DNA of 63,927 nt, filler included, from Thermoplasmatota archaeon (GTDB taxonomy: Archaea; Thermoplasmatota; E2; JACPAO01; JAHFTW01), in assembly GCA_041623215.1 (NCBI GenBank). It is 6 parts of 6 records of this genome, joined end to end, with 100 filler letters (N's around TTAATTAATTAA, not from the genome) between each part and the next. Parts side by side here need not be neighbours in the genome. Positions count along the whole stretch, not along the records: positions 53,621 to 63,927 come from JBFJXH010000062.1; 5 more parts are not named here. One strand, 5' to 3'. Positions 57,163 through 63,927 of the stretch are shown here, in pieces. Positions within the stretch are counted from its first letter, which is position 1, and every line of letters starts with the position of its first letter. A program made the position numbers and the translations under genes. The notes under the pieces were generated by a model. That model saw only the letters and a list, made by a program, of their open reading frames with translations, had not been told where the DNA came from and made no database searches.

Positions 57163-57732
57163 CTAGGCTCGGAGGGATGCCACCACGGCATCCACTAAGT
57201 CCAGCGGGGCCAGCTTGGTTGAATCAAGCACCAAGTCGTACGGGGCCAAATCGCCCAGGTCGATGCCGTAGTAGCGGTTGTAGCGGTCTGCCTCACTTCT
57301 TTCGCGCACCAGCATGGCCTCTCGCTGCGCCTGGACGTCACCCCCATCCCGCTCGGCTAGGCGCCGCGCGCGTTCATCATCATCACAGGTAACCCAAACC
57401 CGCCGCGATGGAACGGCGTCGCGATGCGCCAGCCAACCAGCCAGACGACCTTCCAGAATCAAGCCATCCCCTTGCGCCGAGGCCTCGCTCAGCAAGGCTG
57501 CTTGTCTGGCATCCAGGGCCTGATCGACGGAGGCATCCTGCTGGCACAGCGCCCCAAAGTCGGCCAGACTCAGTCCGCGCTGCGCCGCCTCATCGCGAAA
57601 CAATTGCCCCGCGTAGACGTAGGGCCAGCCAAGACGCTCCTGGAGCAGCCGGCAAAGCGTGCTTGTGCCGGTGCCGGGCAGCCCCCCGACGGTCACGATG
57701 CGGGGTTGGTCCCTGGACGCGGCATCACTCAT
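57163..57732 (-). CDS. cmk: Archaeal cytidylate kinase
   Basis: GGLPGTGTST, AGQLFRD, EGRLAGW, RYNRYYGIDL..YDLVLDST. Confidence 0.9.
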   Translation of the reverse strand: MSDAASRDQPRIVTVGGLPGTGTSTLCRLLQERLGWPYVYAGQLFRDEAAQRGLSLADFGALCQQDASVDQALDARQAALLSEASAQGDGLILEGRLAGWLAHRDAVPSRRVWVTCDDDERARRLAERDGGDVQAQREAMLVRERSEADRYNRYYGIDLGDLAPYDLVLDSTKLAPLDLVDAVVASLRA

Positions 57733-58459
57733 GGACGTCAGGATGCACTTTCTGCCAGCGCTCCTTCCAACTGATGTACTTCATGGCCTTTTGAACGACG
57801 GCGCCAAAAGGAATACTCAGCACCATGTACAGCAGAATCCAGTGGGGAAATAGACTGGAGCCAAACAGGAATCCTTCCGTTCCGAACATCGTTACTTCGG
57901 CGTTCCACGGCGTCGAGTAGAAGCGATAGTCCAAGCCACTCACGAAGGTGAAGAGCCAGGCAAACAGAGGGATGACCAGAATCATGGTCATGGGCATGGT
58001 CTTCAGCTGCTTGGTGCTCATCTTCTGTTGCTCCATGAGGACCTCGGGTTGCTTGTCCTGGAGCTTCTTGAGGCGGTAGGTGTTGTTTTCCTTGCGAGCC
58101 TCCGCCATTTCCTTTTGGAAGGCGCGCATGTACCCTTGGGTCTTGGCCATCTCCAACCAATCGGTGGTGAAGTGGCGAAGCAGGGTTGTCAGGATGACCA
58201 TGAGGCTGCCGGCTAGCACAATGGTGAGAACCGGGTAAGCCCCGCCGAAGCCGACGACGGGGTTCATGACAACACCCACGACGCGGCCGGTGGCCTCACG
58301 AAGATTGTTGTCAAAGAGAATCATGAAGACGGCGGCAAAGGTCAGAATTGTGACAAAGTTGCCCTTGCGCTTGGGCGGGTCGGCGGCGCCTTTGGTGGTC
58401 TTTGTGGACCCACCCTTTCCTCCCTTGCCGCCCTTGCTTCCCTTCCCGGATGCAGCCAC
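57725..58459 (-). CDS. EMC3/TMCO1 (DUF106, archaeal Oxa1-superfamily) membrane insertase
   Basis: TM-coiled coil-TM layout, KTMPMTM..IPLFAW, FPHWILLY; lies between adk and cmk. Confidence 0.88.
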   Translation of the reverse strand: MAASGKGSKGGKGGKGGSTKTTKGAADPPKRKGNFVTILTFAAVFMILFDNNLREATGRVVGVVMNPVVGFGGAYPVLTIVLAGSLMVILTTLLRHFTTDWLEMAKTQGYMRAFQKEMAEARKENNTYRLKKLQDKQPEVLMEQQKMSTKQLKTMPMTMILVIPLFAWLFTFVSGLDYRFYSTPWNAEVTMFGTEGFLFGSSLFPHWILLYMVLSIPFGAVVQKAMKYISWKERWQKVHPDVHE

Positions 58460-59004
58460 TAGAGCACCGCCAAGATTTGCTCCTTCGCATCTTCCACGCG
58501 GCCATCGTGATTGTACACGGTTGCCACCGTTGCGCCAGTGAGCGTTGCGTACGATGCCGCGAAGCGGCGATTGACCTCTTGGTGTTCGGCGATGGCTTCT
58601 ACCGAGTCGGCGTCGCGCTTGCGAGTCTCATCGCTGGCTCGCCGGCCAGCGATTTCCTCGTCGTCCGCTTCCACCAACACAATCGTGTCGGGCTTGAGGT
58701 TTTCAAGCACCCAGGCCGGAAGGCCGGGCAGATAGCCCTTGGGCGTCTTGATGGTGCAATGAGTATCCACGATGATGTCGCCCATGGCAGCCATTTTTTC
58801 GGCCGCGGCCATTTGCACTTCCTTTTGCACGGCCGGGTCGAGGCGCCGCATGTCGTCGCGATGTTCTACCAAGCCGCGCTCGGTGGCCACTTCGAACATG
58901 GCCGTCCCATAGACGACGATGGTGCGTCCTGCGTGTTCCGCCGCAGCCTCCATGACGGTGGTCTTGCCCACGCCAGGGATGCCCGTGACGATAATCGCTC
59001 CCAT
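58459..59004 (-). CDS. adkA: Archaeal adenylate kinase
   Basis: TGIPGVGKTT, YGTAM, RDDMRRL, VDTHCTIKTPKGYLPGLP, HQEVNR. TTTATGAA box at 59027-59034. Confidence 0.95.
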   Translation of the reverse strand: MGAIIVTGIPGVGKTTVMEAAAEHAGRTIVVYGTAMFEVATERGLVEHRDDMRRLDPAVQKEVQMAAAEKMAAMGDIIVDTHCTIKTPKGYLPGLPAWVLENLKPDTIVLVEADDEEIAGRRASDETRKRDADSVEAIAEHQEVNRRFAASYATLTGATVATVYNHDGRVEDAKEQILAVL

Positions 59005-59138
59005 GAGGCGCGCCACTTGGACGGCCTTCATAAACGGGCCGGGGTCAAAAGGAGTGGAAAAAGTAGGAAAGAGGGGGGCTGGTGACCCTCCTCGACGGGG
59101 GCCATGATTCCAGCAGCGACTCGGCCACGGACCGATTG

Positions 59139-59744
59139 CTAAGCCGTGACTTCGACGGTGGCGGAGCCCGCCTTGGCGAAGTACTCGTTGGCGTTGTTGG
59201 GGTCGATGGTGTCGGCACCGGGGGTCCAGCCAGCGGGGCACACTTCGCCGTGTTCGTCGGTGAAGCGGATGGCATCCACGATGCGAATGGCTTCCTGGAC
59301 GTTGCGGCCAAGGGGCATGTCGTTCACGAGCATGTGGCGGATGACGCCCTTAGCGTCAATGACGAAGAGGCCGCGGAAGGCGACGCCGCCGGGACTCAGG
59401 ACATCGTAGGCCTGGCTGATTTCCTTCTTGGTGTCCGCCACGATGGGGTAGCGCACGCCACCAAGGCCGCCTTCGTTGCGGGCTTGGCGGTTCCAGGCAA
59501 GGTGGCTGAATTCTTGGTCGGTGCTGCAGGCGACGACGTTACAGTCGCGCTTGGCAAACTCTTCCATGGCTGCGTCGAAGGCAATGATTTCGGTGGGGCA
59601 GACGAACGTGAAGTCCTTCGGGTAGAAGAACAGGCACGTGAATTTGCCCGCGTTCCAGTTACTGCTCATCTGGTAGTCGACGATGTCGTCTCCAATGACG
59701 GCCTTGGCTTCAAAGTCGGGGGCTTGGGTTCCAACAAGAGGCAT
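59139..59744 (-). CDS. ahpC: Typical 2-Cys peroxiredoxin
   Basis: FYPKDFTFVCPTE, GGLG, GRNVQE, GEVCPAGW. Confidence 0.95.
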   Translation of the reverse strand: MPLVGTQAPDFEAKAVIGDDIVDYQMSSNWNAGKFTCLFFYPKDFTFVCPTEIIAFDAAMEEFAKRDCNVVACSTDQEFSHLAWNRQARNEGGLGGVRYPIVADTKKEISQAYDVLSPGGVAFRGLFVIDAKGVIRHMLVNDMPLGRNVQEAIRIVDAIRFTDEHGEVCPAGWTPGADTIDPNNANEYFAKAGSATVEVTA

Positions 59745-59844
59745 GTTATCTCCTTGTGTGGACGCATCGGTACCCCCTCTTAGGCGTTAGGGAACATCGG
59801 CATAGAATCGCCGTACGAAGCGCATGCCGACAAGTCTGCCACGG

Positions 59845-61401
59845 CTACGTGACGACGTCTAGGACCTCGCCGCCCATGAGGTGGTACGGCCGCAGTTGGC
59901 GCGCTAATTGTTTGGCTTCGGCGGCCGCTTCGTCATGATGCGCATACAGCGTGTAGAGGACCTGGTCCTCTTCCACGGCGTCACCTGGCCGCACGTGGGT
60001 TAGGATACCGGCACCGGCGTCGTGCGGGCTGCCCGTAGCACGGGCAATTTGGACCAACGCGCGAATGTCCACGGCCGTGATGACGGCGCTTCGCGGCGCA
60101 CGCACGTCAACACTACTGGCTCCGATGCGGATGTCATCTGGTTGCACATCCGGATTGCCACCTTGGGCAGCAAGGATGGCCCGAAAGCGGCTGAGCGCCC
60201 GGCCTGATTTGACGGTCTCCTGGGCGAGTTGGGCGCCGTCGCCGGGGCTGCAAACGTCCGCCATTTCTAGCAAGCGACCGGCCAGCGTGCAGCCCTTGTC
60301 CCGGACCGCGTCCGAGCCCCCGCCGGCCAACGTGGCTAGTGCTTCGCGGGCCTCTAGGGCAGGGCCGATGCATTGGCCCAAGGGCCGGTCACCTTGGCTC
60401 ACCACCACCTGCACATCCAAGCCCAGTCGTGATCCGGTGGCAATGAAGTCACGCGCCAAGCTGCGCGCATCAGCTTCCGATGCTACTTTGGCCCCGGGGC
60501 CAACTGGAATATCGATGAGCACCTTCTGGGCTCCGACCGCGAGTTTCTTGGACAGGACGCTGGCCAATAACTGACTGTGAGGATCCAGGCCCAGCGGGTA
60601 CTCAACGCGGATGATGGCGTCATCCGCTGGCGCCAGACTCACGCCCCCGCCCCAGGCGAGCGTGCCCCCGACGCGCTCGGTGATGTCGTGGATGGCCTTT
60701 GCGTCGTGTTCGACCGGACATAGGACCTCCATGAAGTCGGCCGTGCCGCACGCGCTGGTGATTGCACGGCTGCTGGTTTTGGGAATGCGGATGCCGTGCT
60801 CGGCAACAATACTGACCGCAATGGGCGCATATTTGTTGCCAGGCACACCGCCAATGCTGTGAACGTCCACGACCGGACCAACGTCAAACGAAATGCGTCC
60901 ACCCGTGCCCACCATGGCCTTGATGCACGCTACGGTTTCATCCTGGTCCATGCCGTGAACCTGCATCCCGCAGGCCCACGCCGTCAATTCAATGGGGGTC
61001 AAGGTACCGGACGCGATGTCGCTGATGACGTGGCGAATCTCGTCAGCCGTGAGACGTTCGCCATCGAGTTTGCGGCGCACAATGCCCACGCTTTCCGGTC
61101 GCGTGCTGCGACGAACGGTCACATGTGTGGGTGCGCCGATGCGGTCGCACAATTCTTGCGACAAACCTGCTTGACCCACAGGCAGGAAGCCTTTCCAGAC
61201 ATTGACCGCGGCACGCGCTTCGCCGCCAGCACCGCGCACCGCTGCACGGTCATGGGCACGCAGGCCAAGCCGGCGCGCATCGTCCGGGGTCAGAAACACT
61301 TCCGGACCACCCGTGCGCAGGTCGAGGCACTTTGCCAGCAACCCTTGCCGCGCGTCAGTACCGGCCACGTCGGGGCCGGCCTTGTTGGTTTCAGCGGTCA
61401 T
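59845..61401 (-). CDS. deoA: AMP (NMP) phosphorylase
   Basis: N-terminal barrel extension, DVHSIGGVPGNK, PKTSSRAITSACGTAD, WGGGVSLAPADD, SVLSKK, IGPALEA. Confidence 0.92.
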   Translation of the reverse strand: MTAETNKAGPDVAGTDARQGLLAKCLDLRTGGPEVFLTPDDARRLGLRAHDRAAVRGAGGEARAAVNVWKGFLPVGQAGLSQELCDRIGAPTHVTVRRSTRPESVGIVRRKLDGERLTADEIRHVISDIASGTLTPIELTAWACGMQVHGMDQDETVACIKAMVGTGGRISFDVGPVVDVHSIGGVPGNKYAPIAVSIVAEHGIRIPKTSSRAITSACGTADFMEVLCPVEHDAKAIHDITERVGGTLAWGGGVSLAPADDAIIRVEYPLGLDPHSQLLASVLSKKLAVGAQKVLIDIPVGPGAKVASEADARSLARDFIATGSRLGLDVQVVVSQGDRPLGQCIGPALEAREALATLAGGGSDAVRDKGCTLAGRLLEMADVCSPGDGAQLAQETVKSGRALSRFRAILAAQGGNPDVQPDDIRIGASSVDVRAPRSAVITAVDIRALVQIARATGSPHDAGAGILTHVRPGDAVEEDQVLYTLYAHHDEAAAEAKQLARQLRPYHLMGGEVLDVVT

Positions 61402-62641
61402 AGGCGTACGCCTCGCTGCCCCATTTTGCCAGGGCCGTTTGCAGCGCTTCGTCAGGCACATCCTGTAGGCGCTGCCCCTCGGCTAAGGCGCGAACGGCGG
61501 TTGCCATGGCGTGCGCTCCCTGCCTGGTGCCCCCCGGGTGCCCATGCACACCGCCGCCTGCTTGGACGACAACGTCTGGGCCAAAAGCAGCAACCTCAGC
61601 CTCAACACTCGCGGGATGCAAGCCGCCACTGGCTACAGGAAATACGGTTGTCGCGCCATCGGCGTCCCCGGTGAGAGCTTCGAGCATGGCAGCAAGGCCA
61701 TGGCTGTGTTCCATCTTGCCGCTTGCACTTCCAATGTGCAATTGGTCGCCACCCGCCAATCGTGTGAGCTGGCAAAGCACCAGCATATCAATGCCGTAAT
61801 CGGGGCTTCGGGTGATGGCCCCATGCATGGCTCGATGGACGTGAATCGGCACATCGACTAGCCGGCGTAGGGTTGCCAGTGCGTCAAAGCCGGCGGTCAG
61901 CACATCAATCATGACGCAATTCGCCCCGTAGGCAGCGACGCGGTCCCAGCGGTCGGCCAGTTCGGCTGCCCCCGCCGTGACATTGACGGCGTAGAGGACC
62001 CGCCTGCCGGTCTCGTCCCGTACATCGTCAAGCGCGTCCAGCACGAGTCGTGCACGTTCATCGAGGGGGCAAAATGCCTGGTCGGTCAGCGTCTCATCAT
62101 CCTTGATGAAGTCTAAGCCTCCCAGAGCTGCCTCTTTGGCAACCGCCGCCGTACCAGCGGGGTCAAGGCCAACTTTGGGTTTGATGATGGTGCCCGCATG
62201 GGCCCGGCGCGGACCCACGTCGGTCCCAATCAGATGTCGTACCCCGTCGATGCCAAACGCGGGACCTAGGTGGTGCCGGCGGAATGCCGCAGGAACCTGC
62301 AGGTCCACCAGGCGCGCCCGCGTCAAGCTTCCAAGGCCAAACAGGTTGCCCGCTACAATGGATAATACACCGGCAAAATTGGCTGGTTCGAAGATGTCGA
62401 TTGGGTAGGCGACCCGCACCGTGGAGTGCGCGTCATCGCCATCGATGACCCACGCGGCCAAGTCTCGCTCACGACTACCAGCCCGCTCGGGCACCTTCGT
62501 CCACGTGCCAGTCGATTGTTCCATGCCCACGATGCGACCCAAGTCCTCGACGGGGCGGCCATCGGCACTAGCCAACTCGTAGGTGGCCACGACGGCGTCG
62601 GAGGGCGGCGGCTCAGCCGAGCTCGGGGAGCTAGCCGTCAT
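61391..62641 (-). CDS. rbcL: Form III ribulose-1,5-bisphosphate carboxylase
   Basis: EQSTGTW, GNLFG, KPKVG, KDDE, HVHRAMH, HIG...GKM, SGG, GGG: the full catalytic residue set, between R15P isomerase and AMP phosphorylase. Confidence 0.92.
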   Translation of the reverse strand: MTASSPSSAEPPPSDAVVATYELASADGRPVEDLGRIVGMEQSTGTWTKVPERAGSRERDLAAWVIDGDDAHSTVRVAYPIDIFEPANFAGVLSIVAGNLFGLGSLTRARLVDLQVPAAFRRHHLGPAFGIDGVRHLIGTDVGPRRAHAGTIIKPKVGLDPAGTAAVAKEAALGGLDFIKDDETLTDQAFCPLDERARLVLDALDDVRDETGRRVLYAVNVTAGAAELADRWDRVAAYGANCVMIDVLTAGFDALATLRRLVDVPIHVHRAMHGAITRSPDYGIDMLVLCQLTRLAGGDQLHIGSASGKMEHSHGLAAMLEALTGDADGATTVFPVASGGLHPASVEAEVAAFGPDVVVQAGGGVHGHPGGTRQGAHAMATAVRALAEGQRLQDVPDEALQTALAKWGSEAYAYDR

Positions 62642-63501
62642 TGCAGCACCCGCCGTTGCCAAGCCACTTCGGGTTCGAGCATCCCCCAAGGCGTCGCGTA
62701 GGCAGAAACGAGGTCGGCCGGCACATGGTCAAACACCGGATTTTCGATGCGAACGCCATCCGGCGCATCGGCCCATACTTCCGCCGGGTCCCGATGCTCA
62801 ATCGGGACCGTTCGCCGCGAAGTGAACTTGATGGCAGACGCCACGCAATGAACCGGGATGCCGGCATGGGCCGCCGATGCAGCCACGCCAAACGTGCCAA
62901 TCTTGTTGACGAGGTCGCCGCCGGGCAGCACGGCATCCGCTCCAACCACCACCTGGTCAACATCGCCGTCGTGCAAGTATCGCGATGCGGCCCCGTCTAC
63001 GACAAAGGTCACGGCAACGCCGTGCTTGGCCAGGTGGCTGGCCGAGATGTGGCCTTGATTCCATGGCCGCGTCTCAAGGGCCACCACGCGAACCTCAGGT
63101 GTATGCTGATGCGCCGCCACAATCGCCGCCATGACCTGCGACGAATGACACAAAGTCAGCACCCTTGGTGCTGCCGCAATGGCCTTCTCCCCCTGCTTAA
63201 CCGTGGCCACCTCGTCGGCGTCCAAGTCGGCCAGGAACCGTTGCAAGGAACGTGTCGCCTCGCGGGCGGGGTCGTCAGCAGCCAGGACGTCATTGAGGAT
63301 GGCTGCCACGGCATTGGGCAATGCCACCGCCGTTGGACGAGCCGCAACCAGGGCTGCGGCAGCGTCGCGCGCGCTGCGGCGCACATCCCCCGTGGCGTGG
63401 GCCACATGGTCCGCCAGCGCCGTGGCTGCGGCTCGTGCAATGACGACCGCCCCCCGAATCTCCATGCTCCGAATAGCGGCGGTTGTCTCGGCAACATCCA
63501 T
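62638..63501 (-). CDS. Ribose-1,5-bisphosphate isomerase (eIF2B-like family)
   Basis: MEIRGA, RPTAV, TLCHS (catalytic Cys), ETRP..QG, VGAD (catalytic Asp), NKIGT, NPVFD; operon context. Confidence 0.9.
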   Translation of the reverse strand: MDVAETTAAIRSMEIRGAVVIARAAATALADHVAHATGDVRRSARDAAAALVAARPTAVALPNAVAAILNDVLAADDPAREATRSLQRFLADLDADEVATVKQGEKAIAAAPRVLTLCHSSQVMAAIVAAHQHTPEVRVVALETRPWNQGHISASHLAKHGVAVTFVVDGAASRYLHDGDVDQVVVGADAVLPGGDLVNKIGTFGVAASAAHAGIPVHCVASAIKFTSRRTVPIEHRDPAEVWADAPDGVRIENPVFDHVPADLVSAYATPWGMLEPEVAWQRRVLQ

Positions 63502-63524
63502 ACCTGGTTACTTTGCTCCAGGAC

Positions 63525-63531
63525 AATATAA
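63525..63531 (-). promoter_or_regulatory. TATA box (TTATATT) of the pentose-bisphosphate operon
   Basis: 24-30 nt upstream of ATG 63501. Confidence 0.6.
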
Positions 63532-63663
63532 GGCAGGCGTCATTCCCACTGGCGAACGACCCGCCCGCGCACCCTAAGGCCGTAGGTCCGTCCAACGGAT
63601 GATGCGTGCCTGCGGGCCGGGAAAACCGACGCAGGCAGCCGCCGCGCGCCAGGAATCATCAGG

Positions 63664-63927
63664 TCACGTCACGACCACGGTACCGACCATTCCAGCCCAA
63701 GCGCCGTCGGAGCGTTGGGACGCGTGCGGCAAACAGTAGTAGTCGTAGGTGCCAGGCTGCGAAAACCGGAAGGACCAGGAATCTCCTTCTTCCATCCACT
63801 CCGCCCTGTCATCGCCGCTACCCGGGCTTCCCCATTGAGCCTTGTCACTGGGCGTGACCGTGTGACCAACCGCATCCAGGTTTACCCAGGTCACGGTGTC
63901 ACCGACCTTAACTCGTACAGTGGCCGG
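63664..63927 (-). CDS. Blue (type-1) copper protein, plastocyanin/halocyanin-like, 5'-truncated
   Basis: VKVGDTVTWVN...GHTVT; YYCLPH...GMVGTVVV gives His/Cys/His/Met ligands. Confidence 0.9.
   Translation of the reverse strand, partial: PATVRVKVGDTVTWVNLDAVGHTVTPSDKAQWGSPGSGDDRAEWMEEGDSWSFRFSQPGTYDYYCLPHASQRSDGAWAGMVGTVVVT

Noticed and set aside
58405..58450. GKGSKGGKGGKGG short tandem repeat
   Set aside because: Low-complexity N-terminal coding tail of the DUF106 protein, not a separate element.
61391..62641. RuBisCO as evidence of Calvin-cycle autotrophy, or as a RuBisCO-like protein (form IV)
   Set aside because: The flanking AMP phosphorylase and R15P isomerase indicate nucleoside salvage, no PRK is visible, and the intact catalytic residues argue against an RLP.
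62638..63501. Translation factor eIF2B or methylthioribose-1-phosphate isomerase
   Set aside because: Operon context and the MEIRGA / CHS / ETRP..QG motifs fit R15P isomerase better.
1..63927. tRNA, rRNA, CRISPR arrays, IS elements
   Set aside because: Intergenic gaps are short and none showed cloverleaf motifs, repeat-spacer periodicity or transposase ORFs by eye; a tRNAscan/Infernal run would be needed to exclude small RNAs.

Overview
The window is not one continuous locus. It is six GC-rich contigs of about 10.3-10.9 kb in descending length (1-10921, 11022-21792, 21893-32479, 32580-43037, 43138-53520, 53621-63927), joined by artificial 100-nt N/TTAATTAATTAA linkers, as in a concatenated MAG. 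Gene content indicates an archaeon, most likely Thermoplasmatota (inference): archaeal-type LeuRS, AdkA, Cmk, DUF106/EMC3, NOG1, MptE, HTH_10 regulator, TATA-like boxes 21-32 nt before start codons, and many LAGC lipoproteins. The strongest candidate for an undescribed system is contig 2. It is a co-oriented run of a GT-C membrane glycosyltransferase, a UbiA-type prenyl-phosphate phosphoribosyltransferase, a DprE1-like oxidase, an SMR/flippase, an acyl-CoA carboxyltransferase and a type I PKS/FAS megasynthase. The megasynthase has an unusual KS-AT-KS-ACP order, both KS domains keep Cys-His-His, and its ACP has Thr instead of Ser at the phosphopantetheine site (LGIDTVKQ). Other notable items: leuS interrupted by an in-frame TAA just before an intact C-terminal domain; a divergent ccmABCDE operon (CcmE CSSKF, CcmC lacking WWD) headed by an HTH_10 regulator; a lysyl-oxidase-like lipoprotein beside a cupredoxin-like lipoprotein; a divergent type II GAPDH-family enzyme; and a complete R15P isomerase-form III RuBisCO-AMP phosphorylase operon. 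No rRNA, tRNA, CRISPR array or transposase was recognised. All family calls come from motifs read by eye; no database searches were run.
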